A stretch of 64,000 nt of DNA from Octopus vulgaris (lineage: Eukaryota): positions 56,172,001-56,236,000 of the forward strand of contig OX597831.1 in NCBI GenBank assembly GCA_951406725.2, given 5' to 3'. Positions 24,794 through 38,666 of the stretch are shown here, one piece after another; positions within the stretch are counted from its first letter, which is position 1; each line of letters opens with the position of its first letter. A program made the position numbers and the translations under genes. Under the pieces are notes generated by a model, which was not told where the DNA came from, ran no database searches, and saw only the letters and a program-made list of their open reading frames with translations.

Positions 24794-27700
24794 GCAATGG
24801 CCCAGTGGTTATGGCAGCGGACTCGTGGTCAGAGGATCGCTGTTTTAATTCCCAGACTGGGCGTTGTGTGTGTTTATTGAGCGAAAACACCTAAAGCTCC
24901 ATGAGGCTCCGGCAGGGGGTGGTGGCAACCCCTGTTGTACTGTTTCGCCCCAACTTTCTCTCACTCTTTCTTCCTGTTTCTTGAGTAATGCTGCGATGGA
25001 CTGGCATCCCGTCCAGCTGGGGGGAACACATACACCATAGAAACCAGGAAACTAGGCCCATGAGCCTGGCTAAGCTTGAAAAGGGTGCATAAATAAAAAA
25101 TAGTATATATATATATATATATATTATCTGTGTGTGTATACAGTGGGAGGGGGAGTATCACCCTCATTGTTGTTTTAACATTCACTTTTCCATGCTTGCA
25201 TAGGTCAGAAAAATTCATTGAGGCAGATTTTTCTATGACCTTATGCTCTTTGTGTTGCCAACCCTCACTTGCCTCCATACAAGGTAATATTTTCTCTAAG
25301 TCTTCAAATATAAACAGCACAATGGCTGGACATGTTTTCACAGAAGAGTACAGGGGAACAACACTGCTGGTATGATGGTGACATTTGTTTATAACTAGCA
25401 CATGATGTCAAAGCAGGGAAATATGAGAACACCACTCATACACACACATGTACGTGGGTGGGGGACACAGGCATGGCTGTGTGTTTAAGAACCTTTCTTC
25501 CCAAAAAATGACATTTTTGGTTTCGTACCCACTGTACAACACCTTGGGCAAGTGTCTTCTACCATAGCCATGGGCCAATCAAAGCCTTGTGAATGGATTT
25601 GAAAGAAACCTGTCACACGTGTGTTTGTGTGTGCTTGTATGTACTCTTGTTTTGACATCATATGATAGTTGTTAATGAGCATCACTCCCATACAAGTGAT
25701 TTTATTTGTTTTTCAGTTTTGTGTAAAATACATGAGAAATATTACCTTACATGTAAACAAGTGAAGGTTGGTGACAGGAAGGGTATCCAGCCATTCAAAA
25801 TATGTATCAACAAATTCCATTAGACCCAAGCAAGCATGGAAATGTGAATGTTAAATGATGACAGTGGCCTGCATCATGGATAGCCTCCTAACCATCTCAA
25901 GAGAATTCTCTTCCCATTTATCAAAGAAAGAATCGAAGAGATGTGGATTCTGCAAATCACATGCAGGCAACCCATTTAGAACTAAACAAAAATTTATTAC
26001 AGGACAAATGATTCATTAGTCCAGCCAAAATGAATACCTCTAGTGCTGTTGACATGATAAAATGGATACTATCCTCTTTATTGGTAACAGGAAGGACATC
26101 CACCTGTATAAAACATGCCAAAGAAAAAGGAGAGAACAAACCGAGAAAATATGGACTCAACAAGCTGTATGTAGGTAACCCATCCAAAAACCAAACTGAT
26201 ACGAAGTAGTATGGACTCTTTAGCTGCGTCATAGTCAACATCTGTGGGGTCCAGTGGCAGAACACTGGTGGCACTCAAAACTTGCCCAATCTGTGTTGTA
26301 AAGTAGTTGTGATAAGAAGAACAACCTGCTGCAAAAACTATGCCTGAGTTACTGTGAGACACACACAATCTATTCCAGCAAAAAAAAAAAAAGAAAAAAA
26401 AAGATGATTACACCAATGGTGGCCCAACAGTATTGGTTTTCTTTCATCTTAGAAAATATTGATAGGTGCAGGCATAGCTGTGTGGCAAGAAGTTTGCTTC
26501 CCAACCACATGGTTTCAGGTTCGGTCCCACTGCATGGCACCTTCAGCGTCTTCTGCTATGGCCTCAGGCCAATCAAAGTCTTGTTAGATGATTCGGTAGA
26601 TGGAAACTGAAAGAGGCCCATCATGTATGTAGATGCGTGTGTGTGTGTGTGTGTGTCCTCCTCCACACTTGACAACCAGTGTTGGTGTATTTACATCCCT
26701 GTAACTTAGCAGTTTGGCAAAGAGACTGGTAGAATAAGAACTAGGTTTAATAAAATAAATACTAGGGTTAATTCATTTGACTAAAGCAGTACCCCAGTAT
26801 GGCCACAGTCTAATGACTGAAATTAGTTAATCATTAATAGTTTTTATTATATTCAATACCACATGTTCAAAAACCATGTTTGTACCTCTGTCTTTTAACA
26901 GTAATTATTCTTTTGTCCAGATAATTATATATCTAATTCAAGTGGGTAAATTAAACTTGATTCACAGAAAATATATTCAAAAGCTCACAGATTTTAAGAG
27001 TGAAAAGAAGAAAAAAAACTACCTTTACTTTATCAGCTGAGAATAGATAACTTTGTTAATATTTTTCATCTTTGAAGGTAGCAAACAGGCTGAATCATGA
27101 TCATAACAGGCAAACTGCTTAATGACATTTCGTCCGTCTTTACATTCTGAGTTCAAATGCTGCCTAGTCAGACTTTGCCTTTCATCCTTTCGGAGCTGAT
27201 AAAATAAGTACCACTTGAGTACCAGGACTGATGTAATCAACTTACCCACTTGTGCCAAAATTTGAAACCAATATTTTTTTATCTAGGAAAGCATATGTAA
27301 TATATCAGTGAGAGACTCTTTTTCAACTCAAATGCCCCAATGAGCATGAATGCTATGAATTCTTGTAAAGACAATGTGATTGGTCAAGTTACACATTTAG
27401 ATGTTTCTATTATTGTTAGTGTATTTAATGATAATAATGAGTTCTTTTATTAGCCACAGTGGCACAGATGAGGAGCACATCACAAGAACAATAATTTGTG
27501 TAGGGGTTCACAATAATTATTAATCCTTTCTATTATAAGCACAGGGCCTGAAATTTTCGTGGGGAGGAGGCAAGTCAATGTAATCAACCCTAGTGTTTCA
27601 CTGGTACTTAATTTATTGAACCCGAAAGGATGAAAGGCAAAATTGACCTCAGCAAAATTTGAATTCAGATCGTCAAGGTAGAAGAAACGCCACTAAGCAT

Positions 27701-29499
27701 TTCACCTGATGTGCTAACAATTCTGCCAGCTCACCGCCTTAACACACAATAATAATATGATGATGATGATATCATCCCTAACATCACCGCTTTATCAATA
27801 TCTGAGTTTGTGATAGTTAGCCACTGAGGTAAACTGAAATAACTGGTGTTCAAGGATGCAATATAACAACATAATACCTATGGCAGAGTTTGAATTAGCA
27901 CAATTCTAGAGTCAGCTTATCAGCTATGTATATGATTGATGATAAAGGACTGCATAAACCAATTGAACAAAGCTAATACAATTGGTTCTTTGCTGTGGAT
28001 TCATTAGCATGGAGCAGATAAGAGCTAAGTATTACCCTGTCTAGGACACAAATCCATAGAAGTTACTTATTTTCTGCAGTTATATAAATTTAGGCAGATA
28101 GAATTGTCAATGCCAAACGACAAACAAAATGTTTCTAACAGATATCAACTTTTGACATATGAACTGGTAATCCAACTGATTTACTCAACCATACTTCTGA
28201 TTACAGAGCAACAACTGGGCAAATATCAAAATATTTAGAAGAAAATTTTACCTTAGGAATATATGTTAAATTGCATGTTTATTTCTCTCTAATGTAGATT
28301 TTGTTGTAAAGATTCTCCCCATAGCAAATTCAGTGTACTCTTTTTCTCAGTTTTACTAAATAATACACGTCATGCAAGTGCAGACCATCACCAGTCTCTT
28401 TGAAATCAGTTAGATCATTCATATATAATCATCATCATCATTTAACATTTGTTTTCAATGCTGGCATGGGTTGGGTGGTTTGACTGGAGCTGGTTAGGCC
28501 GAAGATTGCACCAGTCTCCAATGTCAGTTCTGGCATGGTTTCTAGGGCTGAATGCCCTTCCTAACATCAACTACTCCACATAGTGTACTGGGTGCTTTTT
28601 ATGTGGCACCAGCACTCATCAATTCTGCTGTGGCAGGCAGGTCTTCTTGAGTACAGCAAGGTGCCAGATATCTCAGTCCTTTGTTACCTCCTTCATAAGG
28701 CTTGAGATTGGCCTTCAGTACTTCATCCCATGTCTTCCTATGTCTCTCTCTTCCACAAGTTCCATCATACACACACACATACACATGAAGAGCTTCTATA
28801 CAATTTCCATTCACCAAATTCCACTCATGTGGTATTGGTTAACCCAAGACAAGACATTCGCCCAATGTTCTACACAGTGGGAGTGATCCTAAAAGCATAT
28901 GGTCATGAAGTAAGCTTCATAACCATACAGCCAGGCCTGTTACCAAGTTAGTCAGAATACTGTTGTACAAATTGTGTTATGTTTAATAGTTAATGCCATT
29001 AAAAGAAGCAAGAGAGTAATACTGATTTTGCTGTTGGGCAGCTGTAGTTATACATTCTGTTCTTGGTAAACTGGCAAAATTTATTTACAGTGTTTTAAAA
29101 CCCTCACATAAACCTTACATGAATAACCAAATAATTCCATGTTGATCAATTTAAGAAATTAATCTTAAATTATACTATCTCTTCATCAAATATTTGAAAT
29201 CCCTTGCCACTTTGATTGGTAACTTTAAGGAGTTTCTTATACACTGGGTTGGATGCCGATCACCAACATGATAGGCAACATAGAAAGAAATTTGGCCCAT
29301 GTATGCATATGTATATATAAATATATGTGTGTTGGTTGAGTAGTTTGTGTTTGCTGGCAATTTTCACTATAGAATACCTTTATTTCAATTTTTTTAAAAT
29401 TCTATGTTAGACTATGCTTTCCTTGAAGGATAGAATTCTTGATTACAATGGATTTCACCATTATTTGGGGCAATTTATAGGGTCTCAATAAACGAAGTT

Positions 29500-29890
29500 T
29501 TTTTTTTTTGTTTTTCCATTTGGTGCATAGATGTAAAGATTTTTCTTACTTCCTGCTCTTGAAGCAGGAATCTTCAAGGTGTTAACTGGCAATCGAAAAT
29601 GTTTGTCTTTGCAACTTGTTGGATGGTCATGTCACAACTAAGATTCACTGGAAATTGAAGTCGTTTGAATTGAAATGGAACCTTGTCTCCTGAGTCTGTG
29701 TGATGGAGGCTCCTTTGTGCCTATCGTCTAATCAGTGCATCCTATGCTCAGGGGATCTCCTGCGACTGTGTGATTGATACTTGTGTTTGAATATCATCAA
29801 ATTTATTCCTTCTCTGTTCAGGTGTTTCCTGAGCTCACTGCTGATGCTTTGAGCAGGGAGTTTCAACTCGGTTGTTGTGATGAAATACCT
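29500..29890 (-). pseudogene. Helitron RepHel remnant (PIF1 helicase C-terminus)
   Basis: Minus strand reads VPFQFKRLQFPVNLSCDMTI...SRAGSKKNLYIYAPNGKT, resembling the RxQFPxxLxFAMTINKSQG motif. Frameshifted. Confidence 0.7.
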
Positions 29891-31658
29891 TACACACAAA
29901 CACACACATATACAAACATACAGCAAAAAGAGTGAGAGAGTGTGTGCTAAATATATATAGAGAGGAGGTAAGTTTACAGTGAGAAAAGCATAAAAGGCAG
30001 ATAGAGAGAGATGCATGGACAGACATTCATTACGTGTCATATATGAAGGGAGAGAGGTGGAAAGCAGCAAGCATGAGAGATACACGTACACAGAAGGAGA
30101 GGGAGAGAGAATGTGGTAAATGTATGTAGAGAAAGAAGGAAAGCATTAAAGACTGAGAGAGACAGATAAGAGAGAGGTAGATAGACAGTTATAAGATGTG
30201 GCATACACTTTCTCCCACTCACACATATACAAATGTACACACACTCAGATTATCATGAGTGTGAAATGACAGCTTCTAAAGGCATTCAATGTTGGCAATC
30301 TGGAAGTTGAGTTATTTCACATAGCAAATTATCTTTCTTTTTTGTCAGCCTCGTCTGGCACCTGTGTCGGTGGCACGTAAAAAGCACCCACTACACTCAC
30401 AGAGTGGTTGGTGTTAGGAAGGGCATCCAGCTGTAGAAACACTGCCAGATCTGACTGGCCTGGTGCAGCCTTCAGGCTTCCCAGACCCCAGTTGAACCAT
30501 CCAACCCATGCTAGCATGGAAAGCGGACGTTAAACGATGATGATGATGAATAACCAAAAAACCTTCTCCTTGGGATCAAATCCATTTTTCTGTAAGAGAC
30601 ACCATTTTGGTACCTTTGATAACATTTATTCATACACACACTTATACTCTCAGAAGCCAAACAAAATGCTTAGCAGTATTATGTCCATCTTTACATTTAT
30701 TACTGGCGATGCCCCAGCATGGCTGCAGCCTGTGGGCTGAAACATCTAAAAGAATAACAGAAAATATATTTGCACACACACAGACACATATACATATCAT
30801 CATCATCATCATTTTAATGTCCACAAATCCATGCTTGCATAAGTCAGACAGAATATGTGGAGACAAATTTTCTACACCTCGTTGCTCTGCTTGTCGCCAA
30901 CCCTCACCTGTTTTCATGTAATCTAATCTTTTCCTATGACTGCACATGTTGCGAAAGTTTGGAAATAAAGGGCACCATTTGCATGACAGTACACACATGC
31001 ACACACACACACACACACACATTCATATATATATATACACACACACACACACATTCATATATATATATATATATGCACACACACACATTCATATACACAC
31101 ACACACACACACACATACATATATAGATAGATAGATCAACATTGAACAACATTATCTATGATAGAGATATATAAGATTAAATCTTATCAAAATTAATATC
31201 TACAATTACTATTCTGAATCATATATTAAATTGTCCTTGTGGACTCGGAAATAACTTCCCTAATATTAATAATTACATATATATATAGATATAGATATAG
31301 ATATTTATATGTGCATACATATATACACAAAGCTAAAACAATAGCTCTATTAGCAAACATGATTGGGCAGACCAGTTGGTAAACCAAGTAAAGAGAAGTA
31401 GCAAAATCTTAAAGAAACATTAGTTATTAATATGAGTTTTGATGTGATTAGATTCAACATTAAAAGGCAAAAAGCAAATAAGTGAATTTTACAATCCTGT
31501 ATATTGATTCTATGTTCAAATCAACTGTTATATTGCTAATGATGTTAGGAACAGTATGAATACTACATTCAATTATTTCTCCTCTCTAAAAATCCTTAGC
31601 TTTGTCCCTGTATGAGGAACTATTATGATAGTTTTTATTATTATTATTATTATTATTG

Positions 31659-32212
31659 AGTGAGAGAGCAGTGCATGCCATCAAAGTGACACTGGGGTAA
31701 AATATACGAAGCCCAGTATACCCATCATGACTACCCGTCTGATAAGGGTACACCAGGCACATGCATCACAACCATATGTGCTCGACATGGTGATCTCATA
31801 TCAAGATAAACAGCACATGACCTTGCAGGTGGGGCCCAGTTAGAATTTTCTTCAGGTTGAGTAGCCCATCCCGCTCAAAAGGTCCCTGAATAAGGGTTGT
31901 TTAAGGATGTTGAAAGAACCACCCATGTTTCCAGAGGTGAATTATTCAAACCCCAAAGAATCCCTCTCAACACATGGCTATGATGCTCCCCCACTACTTC
32001 TGCTCGTGATCAGAGATGCACATATCGTCAGCCACTAAGGGACGTGCTCAACTGGTTAAGGTCAAACAACTGACAAGCAAATCTGTGGTATTGAGCAGAA
32101 TATTTGCTGTAGCCCATCTTTTATACCAAGACAAAACAATGTACATGATAACACTTCCAATCAGTTAAGATCAGAAGCCATGAGAGCCACTGCCTGGTAC
32201 TGCATCAGGGCA
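31659..32212 (-). mobile_element. ~550-bp non-coding element inserted in (ATT)n
   Basis: Flanked by (att)n on both sides. Inverted copy at ~35787-36230, fragments at 34980-35080 and 58940-59100. Confidence 0.7.
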
Positions 32213-32667
32213 TTTATTATTATTATTATTATTATTTATAAGGGCAGTGAGCTGACAGAATTGTTAGCACGCTGGGTGCAATGCTTAGCAATATTTTGTC
32301 CATCTTTACATTCTGAGTTCAAATTCCGCCAGAGTTGACATTGCCTTTCCAGGGTTGATAAAATAAGTACCAGTTGAGCACTGGGGTCGATTTAATTGAC
32401 TTAGCCTCTCCCCCAAAATTGCTCTCCTTGTGCCAAAATTTGAAACTATTATTATTATTATTATTAAAGTGGTGGGTTGGCAGAATTTCGGCAAAATGCT
32501 GATAAGCATTTCACCTGTCTTTAGATTCTGAGTTCAAATACCCTTGAGGTCAACTTTGCCTCCCATCCTTTCAGGGTCAGTAAAATAAGTACCAGTTGCA
32601 CACTGGGGTTGATGTAATCAACTTATTCCCTCCTCAAAATTTTCGGCCTTGTGCCAAAATTTGAAAC

Positions 32668-32715
<48 letters not shown>

Positions 32716-32942
32716 CAGCAGCAGCAGCTATGGTGGTGGTGGTGGTGGTGAAGCAGCAGCAAGCTAGCAGAATCCTTTGCGCACCAGACAAAATGTTTAG
32801 TGGCATTTCTTCTGGTTTTATGTTCAAATCCCACTACTGAGGTCAACTCTGCCTTTCATCCCTTCAGGGACCATAAAATAAAGTACTGATCACGTACTGG
32901 GATTGATCTAACCAAAATTTTAAACAATCATCATCATCATCA

Positions 32943-32977
<35 letters not shown>

Positions 32978-33661
32978 TTTAATTTTTTTAAGGCAGTGAG
33001 CTGGTTAGAATTGCCAGCACACCAGTCAGAATGCTGAGCAGCATTTTGTCTGTCTTTATATTCTGAGTTCAAATTCTATCAAGGTCGACTTTGCTTTAAT
33101 TCTTTTGAGGTCGATGGAATAAGTGCTAGTTGAGCACTGGGGTTGATGTAATCAACTAGCTCCCTCCCTTAAAATTGCTGGCCTTGTGCTAAAATTTGAA
33201 TCCATTATTATTAGTGTGCCTTGCAGTAGTATTTGTTCAGGCACTTTACAATTTGAGTTCAGTTTCAGCTGGGATCAACTTTGCCTGTCATCCCTCCAGG
33301 GTCAATAAAATAAAGTCTCAATCAAATATTGAAGATGATGGTAAGAACTAATCCTCTCTCCTCAAAATTGCTGGTCTTGTACCTAAATCAGAGACCATCA
33401 TTATTATTAAGGTACCACAATAATTCTGAGCTGGCAGAATCATTAACATGCTGGACAAAATGCTTAGTGGTATTTCGCCCATCACTATGTTCTGAGTTCA
33501 AATTCCGCCAAAGTTAGCATTGCCTTTCATCCATTCTGGGTTGATAAAATAAGTACCAGTTGATAAAATAAGTTGTGGGGTCGATGTATTCAGCCCCTCC
33601 CCCTCCCTGAAATTACTGGCCTTGTGCCAAAATTTGAAACCATTATTATTATTATTATTAT

Positions 33662-34938
33662 TCAGTAGTTTTATTTTTATAGTGTGCTTTCACTTCACTA
33701 CCGAGTGCAGCTCTGTGTGCCTTGGGTATGTGCTGTGATTTGTTGTGATGCTCTGATGGTTATTGTATGGAAAGTGTTCTCCGTAGGATATGTGTAGTGC
33801 CTAGTAGTGCAATTTTCTGTATGTTATATGTGTTTGTAAGTCCTAGTGTTTTTGTTATGTATTTGTCTGAATATTTTTTTATCATGCCTAATGCACCTAC
33901 TATGATAGGAATTGTTTCTGTTTTTAGATTCCACACTCTGGTTACCTCTATTTCCAGGTCTTTGTATTTTGAAAGTTTCTCCATTTCTTTTAGAGACAGG
34001 TTGTCATCTGCTGGTATTGATACATCAATTAGAAAGCATTTTTTTCTTCATGATCTCTGACAACTATATCTGGTCTGTTGGCCTTAATTTCTCTATCTGT
34101 GTGTATTGGCATATCCCAGAGTATGGTTGCTTTCTCGTTTTCTGTGACCTTTTCTGGTGTGTGCCTATACCATCCTTTTTCTGTTGTTATTCCATAATGT
34201 TGGCATAGCTTCCAGTGTATGTAGGTTCCAACTCTGTCATGTCTGTGAATATATTCCTTCTTAGCCAGAACTGGGCAGCCAGAGATAATATGATTTATTG
34301 TTTCTTGTCCATCTCCACATATTCTGCAGTTACTTGTTATATTTATTTTCATTACATGTTTTTGGTAATTTCTGGTGGGGAGGCTTTGGTCTTGTGCTGC
34401 AATGAAAAATCCTTCTGTCTCTGCTTTGAATCCTGAGCTTCTCAACCATTGCTGGGATTTTTCATTGTCTATTTCTTTTGCATTTAGTTTAGTCCAGTCC
34501 ATGAAGGGGCTTTTCTTGCCATCGTTTTATCATGGTTCTTTGCTGTTCTAGTTTTAATTTGGATTTCATTTGTTTTATAGCTTTTGTTGTTTCTTCATCT
34601 TCTTCTTCTTCATATTTGTTAGGTGGTATGATTTCTTGTTTGTATTTGTCAGCTTCCTTAAATACTGAGAACAGTTTTTTGTTTTGCACGTGTTTTGCCG
34701 CTATTTGTATCAGTTTTCCTTCCTTCTGAAGTAGATATTTTTGCAGTCCTATGGTGGTTATTTTATAGTAGTTTTCCAGCTGTGTAAGGCCTCTACCACC
34801 TTCTATACGTTGTATATATAGTCTTTCTATGTCAGATTTTGGGTGATGCATCCTAGATCCTGTCATTATTTTTCTTGTTTTCCTATCTATTTTGATCAGT
34901 TCATTTAGTGTCCAGTTAAGGATATTGTAGCTGTAACT
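33662..34938 (-). mobile_element. 5'-truncated R4/Dong-clade non-LTR retrotransposon (C-terminal RT region, CCHC, RLE endonuclease), frameshifted
   Basis: ORF pieces HPKSDIERLYIQRIEGGRGL, CRICGDGQETINHIISGC...RHDRV, RPDIVV and EKLSKYKDL...PIIVGALG. Flanked on both sides by (ATT)n/(TAA)n, the known Dong target. Confidence 0.9.
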
Positions 34939-34943
34939 TATTA

Positions 34944-34980
<37 letters not shown>

Positions 34981-37900
34981 GAGAGAGCAGCACATGCCTT
35001 CAAAGTGACACTGGGGTACAAATATATGAAGCCCAATATATCCATCATCACTACCCATTTGATAAGGGTATATCAGGCACAGGCAAAATTTGAAACCGTT
35101 ATTATTATTATAGTGGCGAGCTGACAAAATCATTAGCACACTGAGTAACATGCTTAGCGGTATTCTGCCTGTTACTATGTTCTGAGTTCAAATTCTGCCG
35201 AGGTTGACTTTGCTTTTCATCCTTTTGGGGTCAATAAAATAAGTACCAGTTAAACACTGGGGTCGATTTAATTGACTCATCCCCACCTCCCTCAAGCTGC
35301 CCTTGTGGCAAAAATTTGAAATAATAATAATAATAATGTTATTGTTATTATTATTATTATTAATAATAATAATCCTTTCTACTATAGGCACAAGGCCTGA
35401 ACTTTGTAGGGGATGGCTAATTGATTACATTGACCCCAGTGTTCAACTAGTACTTATTTCATTGATCCCAAAAGGATTAAAGGTAAAGTTGACCTTGATG
35501 GAATTTGAACTCAGAAAGTAAAAACAGATGAGATGCTGGCAAGTATTTTGTCTGACATGCCAACGATTCTGCCAGCTTGCATAATAATAACGATTTAAAA
35601 TTTTGGCTCATGGCCAACAAGTTTGGGGAAGAGGATAAAGTGCTCAACTGGTACATATCTTACTGATCCTGGAAAGATGAAAGGTAAAAATCAATCTTGG
35701 CAGAATTTGAACTCAGAACATAAAGACAGACGAAACACTGCTAAGCATTTTGCCCTATGTGCTTGCGTAATAATAATAATAATAATTGGGCTACAGCAAA
35801 TATTCTGCTCATTACCACAGATTTGCTTGTTTGACCTAAACCAGTTGACCATGTCAATTAGTGGCTGATGATATGTGCATCTCTGATCACAAGCAGAAGT
35901 AGTGAGGGAGCATCATAACCATGTGTTGAGAGTAATTCTTTGGGGTTTGGATAATTCACCTTTGGAAACGGGTGTTTCGTTCAACATCCTTAAATAATCC
36001 TTAATCAGGGGCCTTTTGAGCGGGATGACCAGAAGAAAATTCTAACTGGGCCCCACCTGCAAGGTCATGCGCTGTTTATCTTGATATGAGATCACCATGT
36101 CGCACACATATGGTTGTGATGCATGTGCCTGGTGTACCCTTATCAGACGGGTAGTCATGATAGGTATACTGGGCTTCGTATATTTTACCCCAATCTCACT
36201 TTGATGGCATGTACTGCTCTCTCACCCAATAATAATAATAATAATAGAGTGACCAGCTGGAAGAAAAGAAGAGTGTTGGAAAAATACCTTGTACTATATA
36301 TTTTGAGTTCAAATCCCACTAAGGTCAACTTTGCCAGTCAAATAATGTGACTAACTAACCCCACCCTTAAATTTTCTAGCTTTATACCTAAATTAGAAAC
36401 AATTACTATTATTAGAAGCAAAAGCATGGCTGTGTGGTTAAGAAGCTTGCTTCCCAACCATGTAGTCTCAGGTTCAGTCCTACTGTACAATACCTTGGCC
36501 AAATATTTTCTACTATAGCCCTGGGACAACCAAAAGCTTCTGAGTGGATTTGGTAAATGGAAACTTAAAGAAGCCCGCAGTATATCTATCTAATCTGATA
36601 TATCTATCTAGAGAGAGAGAGTGGAGGGGGTGTACACTTGTTTTGACATCATGTCATGGTTGAAAATGAGCATTATTATCATCATCATCATCATCGTCAT
36701 CATACAGTTGATGTTTTTTATTTCTAGTTTTGCATGAAAAACATGTCTTGCCATGGGGAAATATTACCTTCCTTGAAAACAGGTGAGGGTTGGCAACAGG
36801 AGGGGGCATCCAGCCATAGACAATCTGCCTCAACAAATTCCATCTGACCCATGCAAGCATGGAAAAGTGGATATTAAATGATGATTAATGACCATAGTCT
36901 TGAGTTGACCAATAACTTGTGGGTGAAATTCAGTTGATGGAAATTGGGCAGAAACTTGTACATATTGTTAAGTGGTAGATAAACAAAAGAAAACAGAAAT
37001 ATTGGTGTTGATTCCACAAAAAATGCAGCCAATGCACTCTGTAAAGTGGTTGGCATTAGAAAGAGTGTCCAACCATAGAAAACCATGCCAAAATGAAAAC
37101 AAATGAGATAGGCATAGCCTCTTGGTCATATCTAAGAGGACAGTAACCCCAAACAAAAGCTTAACTTGAACTGTGATGACCTATCCAGCTCATACCTATT
37201 TCTTTACTACCCACAAGGGGCTAAACACAGAGAGGACAAACGGATTAAGTCGATTATATCGACCCCAGTGCATAACTGGTACTTATTTAATCGACCCCGA
37301 AAGGATGAAAGGCAAAGTCGACCTTGGTGGAATTTGAACTCAGAACATAACCGCAGACGAAATACCGCTAAGCATTTTGCCTGGCATGCTAACGTTTCTG
37401 CCAGCTTGCCGCCTTATCCAGCTCATACCATCATGAAAAGCAGATGGTGGTGGTGGTGATGATGATCATTTTAACTTTTTTGTGCTTTCATGGGCCAGAT
37501 GGAGTTCATTGAGGCAAACTTTTCTATAGCCAGATGCTCTTGTTGTCAAGGGACCTTACCTGTTTTTCAAGCAAAATAATATTTTTCCATGACCAGATAT
37601 ATTTTTGTAGAATATTAGAAATGAAGGACCTTTTTTCACAGCAATCATGTGATGTCAAGCAAAACAAGGGGAGTCAAACACATACACCACCATCATCATC
37701 ATCATCATTTAATGTCCATTTTCCATGCTGGCATGGGTTAGATCGTTTGACCAAAGCTGGTAAGCCAGAGCTACACCAGGCTCCAGTTGTCTATTTTGGC
37801 TTGGTTTCTATGGCTGGATGCCCTTCCTAATGTCAACCATTACAGATTGTACTGGGTGCTTGTTATGTGTCACTAGCACGGGTGTCATGTACATGTCACC

Positions 37901-38666
37901 GACACAGGTGCCTTTTATGTGTCACTGGCATGGGTACTTTTACGTGTCACCAGCACAGGTGCCTTTTATATGTCACCAGCACAGATGCCTTCTATGTGTC
38001 ACCAGCATGGGTACTTTTCATGTGGAAACTTTTTGCTGCTTTTTAAGTGGCACCAGCACCGGCTGGGTTACCAAGTAACTTGCATGACAGAGACCACTTG
38101 GTTGAGAAAGGGAGTGGAACCAACAGGTGTGGCTGTGTACCAGATGAAAAGTTGGAGTATGATAGAGGGACGGAGATAGTCATCTTACTATAGAGGAACC
38201 ACTTGGTTACCCCAGTAGGAGGAATAAGTTGGGAGAGAGTTAGAGAAAAAGACAAAGGAACAGTCAGAGTGAGAGAAAGAAAAATAAATGGTGTGGGGAA
38301 GTATTAGGATTTACTCCCAGGGAACAGTGGAGTGGGTTATAGGTAGTGCAGAGGGCATAGAGAGGGATATTCCATGAGAATGTGAGGGGATATGTTTAGG
38401 GATGGAGAAGAAATGACTAAGAAGTGATGGCAAGGGAAATTGGAGAGGCAGGGAAGCGGGTTGGAAAGATATGTAAGGCCATGGAGAGTGTGCAGATAGA
38501 CACATGAGAAAGTGAACCCGCAGCAGATGATGCATGCGAGGGAGACTGGAGGGGAGGGGTCTGCTGGGAGTTTTGACAGAAGTCAGATGAGTGTGAGGAG
38601 GGCATGTCCAAAAAGGACATGCATATATGTGTGGATGGTCATGATTTCACTTAGCTTGCATATATA

